The notes below the pieces were generated by a model, which was given only the letters and a program-made list of their open reading frames with translations, did not search any database and was not told the origin of the DNA. Shown here piece after piece: positions 12,501-24,500 of a DNA stretch of 64,000 bases (positions are counted from its first letter, which is position 1; each line of letters begins with the position of its first letter). Origin of the DNA: Catajapyx aquilonaris (Eukaryota); NCBI GenBank assembly GCA_000934665.2, contig KZ538460.1, positions 1 through 64,000 of the forward strand, written 5' to 3'. A program made the position numbers and the translations under genes.

Positions 12501-15500
12501 TTAAGTCAAAAACGCTATGTACGCTTTGAAAACAAGCGGGGGGGGGGGGGGGGGGGGNNNNNNNNNNNNNNNNNNNNNNNNNNNNNNNNCCCCCCCAAAT
12601 AGAAATACGTTCCGCCGCCGTTGGTGTGGGCGAGAGTGGAGGGGCACCGGGGGTGGTGTCGCCGAGACTGGAGGGGCAGGGGGTTTGCAGACGGCCTACT
12701 TTGACATTTATTTCTCGGATTACCGTTCGCCTCAGAGAAAAACGGATCGCATTCTCGGAATCAGGATATTTTGCCTGATTTTTAGACACCAACTTGTATT
12801 TTGAGTGGAGTGTCCCTTTAATAATGGAATAATTTTTCACAGCTCTGCGTAAATGCAAAATGGGTAATAACAGTCAGGACAGGTCCACGTTGATAGGACT
12901 TTCAGGAGCTTGCTTCTGTTGTCTCCCTTTCAAGTAATGTATGGAATGGTGTTATATAAACTTATGGAAAGGTAATTTCAAGCAAACAAGCTGCAACACA
13001 TGAATGACAACTGGCAGGGGTGAAGGGAAGTGAGGGTCCTGAGATTTACTGGTGTGGATGAGAGATGACATTAGTTCCACCTGGTACATGGCTCTACTGA
13101 AAACATGTTGATTTTCTCAGGACTTGATATTTACGTTCAGTGATGGGTGGCAGCACGACAACTGTTAAAAACTTACCCCACTGTACTGTGTTGGATATGG
13201 AGTGATGTTTTTAAATGCCCAGTGAATATTCTGATGGCTTGCTAGCTGGCGAGTGAAGGTCCTCGACTGCTGGCAGCACAACCGCAGCAGACCGTAGTAA
13301 GCAGGAAGCATAGCTCGATTAAATATCACAACATCTTGATCTTCATGATCCGCTCTGAAAATGAGACAATATTTCATATTCCTCACTTACTCATTCTCAG
13401 TATCATTACTTACAAAATGTAGTTGAAAGCTATGTTCTTGGTGACATGAGCATTCTGCAAGATGAGTTTGACGTTTTCTGGACAATCTGTGCAAACATGA
13501 TGCCAAAACAGCAATAAAGCTTGCTTGTTGTGGTGAACTGGAATGGATGGTTCTGACAGCTTCGGATGAAATAACTGCCACAGGTCCAAGAAATGCTGTC
13601 CAAACTGGAAAGTACATCACCAGTTTTAGAACTTGAATGGTAGTCACAGGTCCTGTGAACTCTGAAGGAAAAACTGAGATAAAACATGTTGTGATAAATC
13701 TGAAAGTGCTGCGTTAACTCTTTAACCACAGGGGAGGTGTGGTGGCCGTGATGGTAACGTCATGGCTTGCTGAGTGAAAGGCCCCAGGTTCGATCCCCGC
13801 CTGGGGAACTTTCACCTGCGTCAGGAGGGTCTCTGACCTGCACCAAGGAGGTGTCTGGCCTCCTGGGGGACAGCACATGACCCCTTTACCGACATTGCAC
13901 TAGCACCAATGTTCCCTCCCCAAAAATCCCTACCCCTATCCTACATCCTTGTCTCCTTGCACCGGTGTATGAAGTTAAGGAGTGTAAATGGTGGTATCCC
14001 ACCCCCCTAAAAAGGCTAAGCCTTATCACGGGGTAACGTAAAAAAAAAACTCTTTAACCACGGTGTCCGTCCTCCACGGACAAACACAGACAAAAATTGT
14101 GAGAATTTTTTGCAAAAAATCTGTAACTCATAAATGAATGTGGTTTTCGGCAAATTCACAATCAAAAAATCCAGTATTCAACACACAAATCACATACTCA
14201 AGTGCTTTGTCACACTTTTTCGTATGTCATCTTCCGGCGACCATATTGGAAAAAGCTATATTCGCAATGATAGAGATTGTATGAAGTCTAGCTCAATTCT
14301 GGGAATTTAGTAATTAGTTAGATCGGATTCTAAGCAATATTTTGCATAGGCTAGTCTTTTGATCCCGTATACGTCATCGCTACGTTTCTTCCGCCCTCCG
14401 AGTAGATGCGCATAATTATGTAGTTATAGCTGTTATGATATGCACAGTAGGGTGGTCCAAAAGTGAAGAGAGTTTGAAAAGTCAGCATGGATTCTCATGA
14501 AAAGTTTCCTTTTGACAAAAAAATAACTTTTGCCAAATATGGGCAATATCGGATAATATTTAGTGGTCGCGCCATGACCTTGAGGTTCCGAAATTTTGCG
14601 AATTTTTGCTTTCCCCGCACGTTGTACCACTGTCCACAGCTTTCACACTAGGAAATCCTGGGATGGATCCTGCTCATTCTGTTCCTTCATTTCTGTACTG
14701 GGTGTGTGCGAAATCAGAGTGAAATTGGAAAATATTTAGAGGTCGCGCCGAGTGTCGACATGAATGGATGCGCCCTGTCCGCTTCTACCCTGTTCCTGCA
14801 CCTCCACTCAATTGTTAATAGCACTGGGGAACGCACATTTTGGTGCCTTGAGGGTCAGATCGATTTTAGGGTAGCTGTGGTGCTGATTCCAAAACTGGCA
14901 TCCGTTTTGCATAATGCTGCATATCAAGTTTCAGCCACATTGCGCAATACCATTGGGAGGGAAAAAAATCAAGAAACTTTGACAATGGCCGAAAATGATG
15001 GATGCAAGCACCAAGGATTTATCTCACTCTTTATCATCATCACGTATTTCCGACGAGCCTCGTGAACTGGCAACTCTGCTGTGAATCCACCCAATCACCT
15101 CCTGGTCTTTAGTCGGGAGTTGAAGCGAGCGGTCTACCCCACAGGATTGTTGGAATGCGAGTTTGCTTTTCACTGGATTGTTGCATTGTATCACTTCGAA
15201 TGTACAAGATCCATACATTTCGAGCTTTACCATAAAAAGTTCGTCACATTGGTCCTTCTCCCAGGTTCCTGAGGCATTTCTGAATGGAGGTTTGGAAGGT
15301 CACATTGTCAGGACAAGAACTACACAACAATGCCTCCTATGAGTGTGAATTCTTAAACAATACTTCAACATAGTTGTGGGAACATCATAGAAAAATTACG
15401 CATTTTCCCTCAAGTGGACGTCACTTAAATAAGTTGTCGAATTTGCACCACGGCAGAAGTCAGCCCCGCAACAGCACTTTTTCTCCTTTGTTGCAGTGCA

Positions 15501-18500
15501 ACAATTGCCTGGACCTGAGAATTTAGTTTCATATACCAATAAGTAAACGTATTTTAAACAGGTTTTTAAATGATGTATGACACAAATTTTTCCAAAGCAT
15601 AGCCTAGTTAAATGGTGCAATCGCAAAGACAGAGGACTGAACTTTTTAAAGGATAGTAGGCTGGTGCCCTGCACAAAGGTTTGGCCTTGACAATGGTACC
15701 ATGATTGACATTACTGCATTAAAATTGTGTACATACAGCTGCACAAATGTGTCTGATTTTCACATGATTCCTGTCGCCATGTTAATCTAGGGAACTTTTT
15801 CCAGAAAGGCCATTTTCTGCTAACTTCAACTTGCCATAAAGGTCATTTCTAGGCTGAAAATGGAAAAAAGACGAACTAGGTGCCCTGCGCAAGAACACAT
15901 TTTTTTGGTGCAATTTCTGTGTTGATTGAACCATTTTGGCAGCCATATGCTGCGTGCATAAACAAGTTTGCTGGGGTCATTGCCAGGGGCACCGATTGTT
16001 GTGGGAGAGATATGAGACTGGAGGCTAGCTTATAAGGTTCAAATGTTGAGCAGGAAGGTGGAGAAGGCGGCAGGGCAACGGAATTGGGATTGGTGGAGAG
16101 AGGGCAACAATTGCCTTCTATTGTTGTGCGAACAATTGGTAGGCTCACTTCCACAGATATAGCTGCAGAGCCATCTGGTTTACCGTATTTTTGCTACTGC
16201 AACCCCTTAAGGTGGCGCAGTACCAAAATACGGTAACAATGTGGAGCCCTTGACGATGACCCAAACAAACTTGCTTATGCATGGGCAGCATATGGGGATT
16301 CGACATGTCTACACTTCTGCAGCTGTATGGCTATAAAAATGGTGTCATCGACACAAAAATTGCACCAAAAAATAGTAGATGATCTGGCGCAAGGCACTTA
16401 GTTCGTCTTTTTTCCATTTTTGGCCTAGAAATAACCTTCTCATTGAGTTGAAGTGAGAGGAAAATGGTGTTCCCAAAAAGCCTATTTGAATAATATGACA
16501 GCAGGAAACGTGACCAAGTCGGGCAAACTTCCGCGCCCGTATGTCCACAATTTTAATGCAATCATATCAAGTATGGTACCATTGTAAAGGCCAAACCTTT
16601 GCGCAAGGCACCTAGTTTGTGATTTTTCCGATTAGCGGCGCGTTTCACGACAAAAAAAATTAAAACTCGCCTACCGTATTTTTCCTACTGCACCGCTGCC
16701 TTAACCCTAATGAGACAGGTGGTCTTTCGTGTTTTTGCAAGGATGTGCACAAAATTCGGCTGCTTTGTCATTTGAGGGACGAGAAGTAAATACACCAGTG
16801 AATAAGATCGTAGTGTCCAGACTTGATCCTGAGGCCATCTATGTGACCCTCCTCTCATATCATACAGAGATGTAAATTTCATAAAAAACAAGGTGGCGCA
16901 GGGGGCCTGTTTAGCGCCTACTCCAATTTTTTGTCACTCTGCCAGCTTGACAAAAAGTAGTATATGGGTATGTAGCCTTGGGACTGCTGAACAAAGCAGT
17001 ACATAAGCACATGGCATGAATTAAGTCCCAGGACCAGCATGCGAGCTGCAGAGATAAACATACACCACTCCCGAGTGTAAACCTCCCTCGCACCACAGCT
17101 GTTCAAAACCCCGCGGGGCATGCGTCCCTCCATCCAGATGGAGGCCGGCCGGGAGTTGCGCAGTGACCCGCCAGCCGCTAATTGGCATTTACGAACATTA
17201 TTTATTTATTTTAAAACGATTGAATTATCTTTTGCACTAATTTTAGGGTGGAATCTCTTGAGGAGGTTTGGGGGCAATTATGTATGCCAAAAATTTGCCG
17301 GCCAAGGTCGGATTTTCTTTTTTAAAGTTTTTTTTTTAGCGGCCGCAAAAAGATGATTTCATTCAAGTTAATCTGGTTAATCCGGTTTATTTATGCACGA
17401 TTTTGTAGTCCAAAATTCGCGATTGTTTACGCGAGAGAAAATTGAAAAAGCCACACAGAAACCACGTTACATAGTGGGAAAACGCTATAGTTTTGTCAGC
17501 AAGATTTTTTAAAGCCAGCGTATCTGCATATGATACCCCCGTCTAATTAGGGTTAATAGGAGACTCTCACTTTGGGTACACAACAGGCGCTTAGTGGCTG
17601 ACCTCCATTTCCTCGGATCTTTGTCAGGAAACCTCACCTTTAGCTTTTCTGTACGTGAGACGACACAGTAGGTCAGCAATGCAAAGTATGCCGTCAGCTT
17701 TGTTGTTCCATGTGACGGTATGTCAGTGTAGTGCTTGGCAGGCTTCAGGAGACGTAGGAGGAGATCATATATCTGGTGAAGTACCATCTGTGCTTCAGGA
17801 GACACAATGAGATCCTTGTGAGGGCTTCCTAAACTGCGTGTGGCTCGGTACCCCTGCCTGAAGTGCATGTTGGGCACTAAGGACACCAGCAAATAGGCTG
17901 CAGCTGTAAGAATTATGTTCATGATATTCCATCACAACCACAATATGCAAGGGTAGCAGGAGCATGACAGCAGAGGCATTACTTTTAAAGGCCTAGTTAT
18001 GGTTATTTCCAATTAGGTGTAGTATAGGAAGTCCTCATTGAAAAATACACTGACTGGAAGCAGATCCTGCTAATTAATGTAACACGTGCCAAGTTATACA
18101 CATGAAACTATTATATTGGTCAAGGTATGCTCCTTACCTCCCTATTTCATAGCTATATATGATGGTGCCCTGGATCACTTCATGTTTGGTCTCCCAAACC
18201 TCGTTAGCGAGATAATAGTGATTAATGGGGTGCATCCAAATATATGCTACCTTTGCTAGTGACTGTTACAGGTAGGATGGTTAAATTAAAATTACTTGGT
18301 AACCACATTAAATTTAATGGCCACCCTGATTTTTTTTTTTGTTCATGTCACTTTAGCCCACGCAGCTTCTGGCGTACAGTTTTACCAAAATTAAGTGAAC
18401 TACAGGGGGGGGGGGTTGGAGTGGAGGATAATTTGGCTGCAGAGGGAAGGTGGAATAAAAATAAATAAATAAAACCTACCAACCACTCGCCCTCCCTACA

Positions 18501-21500
18501 TTTCCCTCCATTGCCATCTCCCTCCAACCCAATACCTACACACCACATCTCCATACCGCCCACCATTCCTGCAGTTCACTCCATTTTGGTGAAACTGTAC
18601 CACAAGGTCAAACAGTTAACCCACCCATGGGGGTCACATGTATCACCAAGGAAATGGACCAAAGAAAGTAAACCTCTTCATTTAACCCTGGAACAGTGAC
18701 GTGGGGTCTTTTCGGACCCCAAAGGAATTAAAATGCATTAAATTACAATTACAATGAACTGTTTGCCATTTTTAAAAAAAGAGTATAACAGGAAGTGCAT
18801 GTTTATTTTGAATTAGCTATCATTTTAGGCATTGTTCAAAGAATGCTTGTATATAGTCAATACATTGAAAAGTAGGCTATTATATTTATAAAAATTAATA
18901 AAAATTGAAATATGGCGTGGGGTCCTAAAAGACCCCACAGCACGGTTAACGTAACTTTCAGGGACGTCACGGTTCCAGGGTTAACACAAGTCTATGTGCA
19001 CACGTGCCATCTCCCGCCAAGTAAAATGTTGCATGGTATTACTTTGCAGGCACTCACCGATGTCATTAACACTGTAAAACACTGCATGTGGACCAGAAGT
19101 GACTCTTAAGTGATGTGTCAGTGTTACCAATAGTGATCCAGAATTGTCCGGCCAAGACACACAGGCAGGACTCATGTGCGGCAACATGAAGATTTTCCAG
19201 TGAAAGCTAGACTAAAGGTTGTGTCACTTGCTACTTTACCCGGCACTTCTTTAATAACTTCAACACAAATGTCGACAAAATTTAAACTGAACTTACCTCA
19301 ATATGTGAGAAAGGAAATGACATCACAACACGTGCTGGAAGTGGCCACCATTTGCGTCCAGGCAGCCCTGAACACAACACTCCATATTTTGGGAGGTCCT
19401 GGCCAGCATGGCACTGCCTGAATTTTTTTGGGAAGTGGTTTTCTTTCAAGTAGGTGTCGCCGGATAGTGGTTTGTTTCCACACATCAGTATGGCCGAAAT
19501 TCAGTCCTTTGTCGGCAACAGTCATTTCAAAGGGACTTCGGCCACCGAGGTCGCCCAATCTGACGCGGCCTGATTACTTCTTATGGGGCTACCTGAAAGG
19601 GTGAGTGCACCAAAACAAACCACAATCCATCAACTCCTTGAAAGAAAACATCCAAGAAATTCAGGCAGTGCCATGCTGGCCAGGATCCTCCAAAATATGG
19701 AGCGTTTTGTTCAGGCCCACCTGGACGCAAATGGTGGCCATTTCCAGCACATGTTGTGATGCCATTTCCTTTCTCACATAATGAGTTTAGTTCAGTTCTA
19801 ATTTCGTTGCGATAATCTTCATTCGTATCAAAAGTTATTAAAGAAATGCCGCGTAAAGTAACGAGTGGGGCACCCTGTACATAATAAAGAGTCCATTATC
19901 TCAGGTTGCAGAGTCCAAACGACACCTGTACATAAAGTGATCCACTGGTGCCCAGGAGTTCACCCTAGGCATTTGTTGCACAGGTTACAAAACACCATGT
20001 ATACTCCACAATGCCTCCATCACAGGCATCCAGGGAGGGGATATATGATGCCATGCACATTGGCAGCATGCCACCCGGTGGCATTGTGTGAAGCCTCCTT
20101 ACAGAAAAGTAATTTGCAATGTGGCTACAGGACTAAATAATGAGGACAACCTGCAGGTTGCTTCAATTGCAACTGTAGGAAATAACCAAGCAAATAATGT
20201 CAAGTATAGTGCCTTCCAGTGTCCCTGTAGTACATGTTAGCACACACTGAATTCTGTGTTACAGGTGCACCTTACAAAATACAAGGATCTTTTCACTAAC
20301 CAGTAGTTGGTGGCTACAGTGATACCAATTTAGTTGTCTATACTTGTAAGTGCAAACTAGAATGCTCTACTTGCTGCACCAAATAATAAATTTGTACCCC
20401 TGCTCAATATGATATGAGGCAGTTCAACACACCATTTCGGACTCGCTGATTGGCATGAGCGATGAGAAAATGTTCCACCCAGTTATCCATGCTCTGGAGA
20501 ACCCAGGAATGTGCCAGTTTGTTGCGTGGCACTTGTACTGCCAACCAATCGAGGGTGGCTTGGGGGCAGAAGTCAGCCACTTCCCACACTCTCTGTAGTA
20601 CCAACTGAGTGAAACAAATCAGACCTGCTGGACCTGCCACCAACTCTGTCAGCAGAGTCAGCAACTTGAAGAATGGTTGACTCAGCTGGATAAGACAGAA
20701 AAATAACTCATGATATTGGAAAAGTTTTAATGCTACGTTAATAGGGATACATCCACAAACATGCTCAAGGCCAACTCTGCAACAAAAAACATGCATGGGA
20801 AAATGACACTGGACAGAAATGTAAGTTGTATTACCAATATGTACATATGGTGTGTGTTTCATAATTTAGCTCGCATCCATATCTGCTGAAATATCCTGGA
20901 CTCTCCTGCCTCATACTGGTATTCCCCATGCACACCTTTCCTGTGCAACCCCTCACCAGCTTCCCCTCTCTTCTTTCTTGACTTACCTTCTCTCCTCTTC
21001 AAGGTGCCCACAGGCATGGGGGAGTACAAGACATTATTGCTGTGATATGGATGTAAGCTAAATCATGAAACATATAAACACATACACACATGGAAAAAAA
21101 AAAAGCAAGCACCAAAAGCCAAACCTCATGTGCTCCAGACAACCAAGTACAAACCACACCTGAAATGTGCTGAATGTAATGCAAATTATTGCATGCCAGT
21201 GTTGCATCTGTACAGAGAGGTATGCATTTCATCTAAGATCCAGGTTCCTTGGGATATTCTAAGACAAAATTACTCCAGTTGATTAATTTCAGCTCCATGA
21301 CCAAGATAATCACATTTGAAATCCTGCGACACTACTGCCAGTCTGAGCTGACTTGAATGCTTCGGCAGAAGGGAAATGGCAAGAATCATGTTGTGGACCA
21401 TGATATGTGTTGTATTCATTAGGCTTGGGGAGGCGGAGTGGTGCTGCGGTAACGTATGCACCCATGGATGTTAAGGTCCCGGGTTCGATCCCAGCCCGGG

Positions 21501-24500
21501 AACACCCCCTTCATCTCGTGCAGAGTTCGGGGTCATCTCTGGCTTCGTTTCGGGTGGTATTTCCAATAGACTAAACCACCCGGGGGACTTCACTAAAAAT
21601 GGCCACGATTAAGACATTGCACATCCCCTCCTGTCATCCTGCCCGTGGGCCCGGGCGTTTCAAAAATATGGTCTATGTACTACAAGTTACAATAAAGGTC
21701 CGTGCCACATACCCTATATAGGGTCAGGCACTACCCAAGAATTATTATATATTATATTATTATTATTATTATTATATTCATTAGGCAAGAAAACCTTCAC
21801 GTAAAGGCATTCACAGGCCAAGGCGGACAAAAGCGTTTTCCGCTCCTTGTCCTTACCCTTTCTCTCCCGCCCAAGCATTCAAGCCAGCAAAGATCAACAG
21901 TCACATCATGGAGTTTCAGGTGTGGTTATATTTATAATGGAGCCAAAAATGACAAAATCAACTGAGAGTAAATTTGTCTTAGGATGTCTCAAGGAACCTA
22001 CATCAAAGAAGTGCACACCTTTAGTATTACACCACCTTATATACTGTAATAACAAATACAGACAAACAAAGAATCAGCAAGTTACGCAGGGGTGAGTCCT
22101 ACTACAACAGAGCTTAGCAAGCTTGTGCTCCAACACCAGTACATGTGCACATGCCATGGTAGAGCACTGGATATATGAAGTTATCATTTCACACTTATAC
22201 AGTATAGTCCTTCTCACCAATAAAAGTGATTTTGCCTAGGCACCTATTCAAGTGGCGCCCTGCTTTTAAAACTGGGATCATAACTTGATTAGAAAGAAGA
22301 AAAAAAAATGACCTATCCCAAATGCTCTTCCATCAGAAAGCTTGTTGCAAAAATTAATGGTACAGGTACTACCACCACATTTAGGTAAGCATACGAAACT
22401 CTCAAGGAACAAGGCACTCACGGCCAATTGGCATTTAACACAATAAGAATACACTTTCCAGAGTTCTTTGATAGTTCTCTGAACTTAAATTGGTCCACTT
22501 TTTAGTGTGGGGAACAATTCAATAAAACCTTGTTCATTGGTGCAAAAAGATTGCGGAAAGACCTTCAGAGTGCAGCCTTTTACAAATACACAAGGTCACA
22601 AAATCTAAATGCATCTCAGGAAAAGGTCACCTGTTCCTATGTCTAATCTTTCCTCAATTTACAATCCTACATAGTTGCACTCCCCATTACATAAAATTAT
22701 TTACACAGTATATTTTGCAGTTTTTTTCTCTCTCCTTCAAATTAATTACATGTACTATCGGGATCAGTTAGTTTAGGCCACTTTATCCTGGTCTTGAAGC
22801 AACCCTTCGCACAGGCCCCATGGCGAGGAGGTGTGTGTGTGTGCTTCAAGACCAGGATAACGGTGCCGGAACTAACTGAGACCAATAACACACACTGTGA
22901 AACAGATTCATTAGTCCATCTGTAAATGAACACTCATAACTTCACCTAATATCGTGATATTACATAATATTTGTACTTGCAAAGTTCAAGGTGGAGAAGA
23001 TGTGACCTGTAGACTTTAAGTATATAATAAATCATTTACAACGAAATTATCTCCCGACTTAATTGCCAGGCATTTCATGCATCCATGGTTTGGAATGTGA
23101 AAATATATAGGGTGTCTCATCTTTTTGTCCGAACAGTTATCAGAAAATTGCCTGTAGCTGCTACTTTTTAAGCAGTGACTCGCAAACGGTGATTTTTCGG
23201 AGGAAAGGGGAATATTCCCTGCGAATCGTAGGTAGAAGTGGCATACATGCTGCCCGCTGAAAATTGAGGGTCAAGCCTGGAAAAAAGAGGGTCACACATG
23301 TCATGGGATGTGTGACCCTCTTTTTCCCCATTCCCCATTCCTCCGACAAATCACTGGCTGCAAGTCACTGCTTAAAAAGTAGCAGCTACACGCAATTTTC
23401 CGATAACTGTTCGGACAAAAAGGATGGGACACCCTGTATATTACTACCAGTAGAAGATAAAGATTGCCAGTAAGTGTTCCTTGACAGTTTCAGCTTGTTA
23501 ACCTCAATGTTACAACATTGAGGATAAATGCAAGGCAAAGTAAAGCAAGCATAGAGGTTGTTAAACGTAAACTGTGGTAGTGTCCTAATACCTCTGAATG
23601 TTTGGTGATGGCTTGCAGCATCATGTTGACCACCTGCACTGCCAATTTGTCATTCCAACGACAAAGGCTGTATATCAAGTTACGAGTTTGTGGTAAGTTT
23701 ATATTGTCGCGAATCTGCTGGTAGAGGAAAGGAAAGCCCTTTCCCCCAGCCACAGCATTCAGATCACTAGTGGAGAGGTGGAGGCGATGATCCTCCCTCC
23801 GAGACTTCTCCACTAGTGTTGTTATAAGAGTAATCATTTTGTCCAAAGACGCTGGTTTGTACTTGTCTGTTGGTAACGATATCACATCCTCCTCCTCCTC
23901 CTCCTCCTCGCTCACAACTTCAACCTGTAAAATCCAACTGCTTTATCATCACATCCAGGTATATGTTGTCAAGTGATAAAAGTATAGGGAGATGTTGATT
24001 ATGAGCATCATGTCTCAACAAAATTTAAGTGATAAGCAGGGATGGAAAAAGAACCGCTTCTTTGGGAGGAAGCGGTTCTTTTTCCATCCCTGCACATGGA
24101 AAAAAGAAGTGCTTCTTGGAAGGAAGCGCTTCTTTTTCCATCCCTGGTGATAAGTCATCACCCACAAAAAATTACACTTAATGCAGAAAATACTGCATGG
24201 CACAATGGAATAAACATGTAAATTGGCATCATGATAGGTAGAAATTTGATGAGAACAAGATTTAATTTTTCACTACTTTCTCATACGCCCAAACTATTTC
24301 TAATACTATCAGCTGCACCATGCGCATGACTTTGACTGACTCCAGATCAAGGGTCTCACCCTCAAAAGATCCGTACATAACCAAGATATTTAGTAATGCC
24401 TCGCCAGTAAGTACATTTGGCTGGCCCACTTCCCCGCCCCCCTTTCCATCCCTCCTATCACTCACAACATCAGGATTTTTTTGTCCTAAGTAGAAATTGA

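Larger units (their letters stand above)
10624..12817 (+). mobile_element. Kolobok-like DNA transposon with long TIRs and a THAP-domain remnant
   Basis: TTAA|AGGGACACTCCACTCAAAATACAAG..CTTGTATTTTGAGTGGAGTGTCCCT|TTAA; inner arms about 10820-10950 and 11845-11980 are also inverted. Confidence 0.8.

Noticed and set aside
12540..12597. poly-G / N / poly-C run
   Set aside because: Assembly gap; the true length and content are unknown.
21427..21500. tRNA-like sequences at the heads of several repeats
   Set aside because: They continue into shared bodies and tails and have TSDs, so they are SINE heads rather than tRNA genes.
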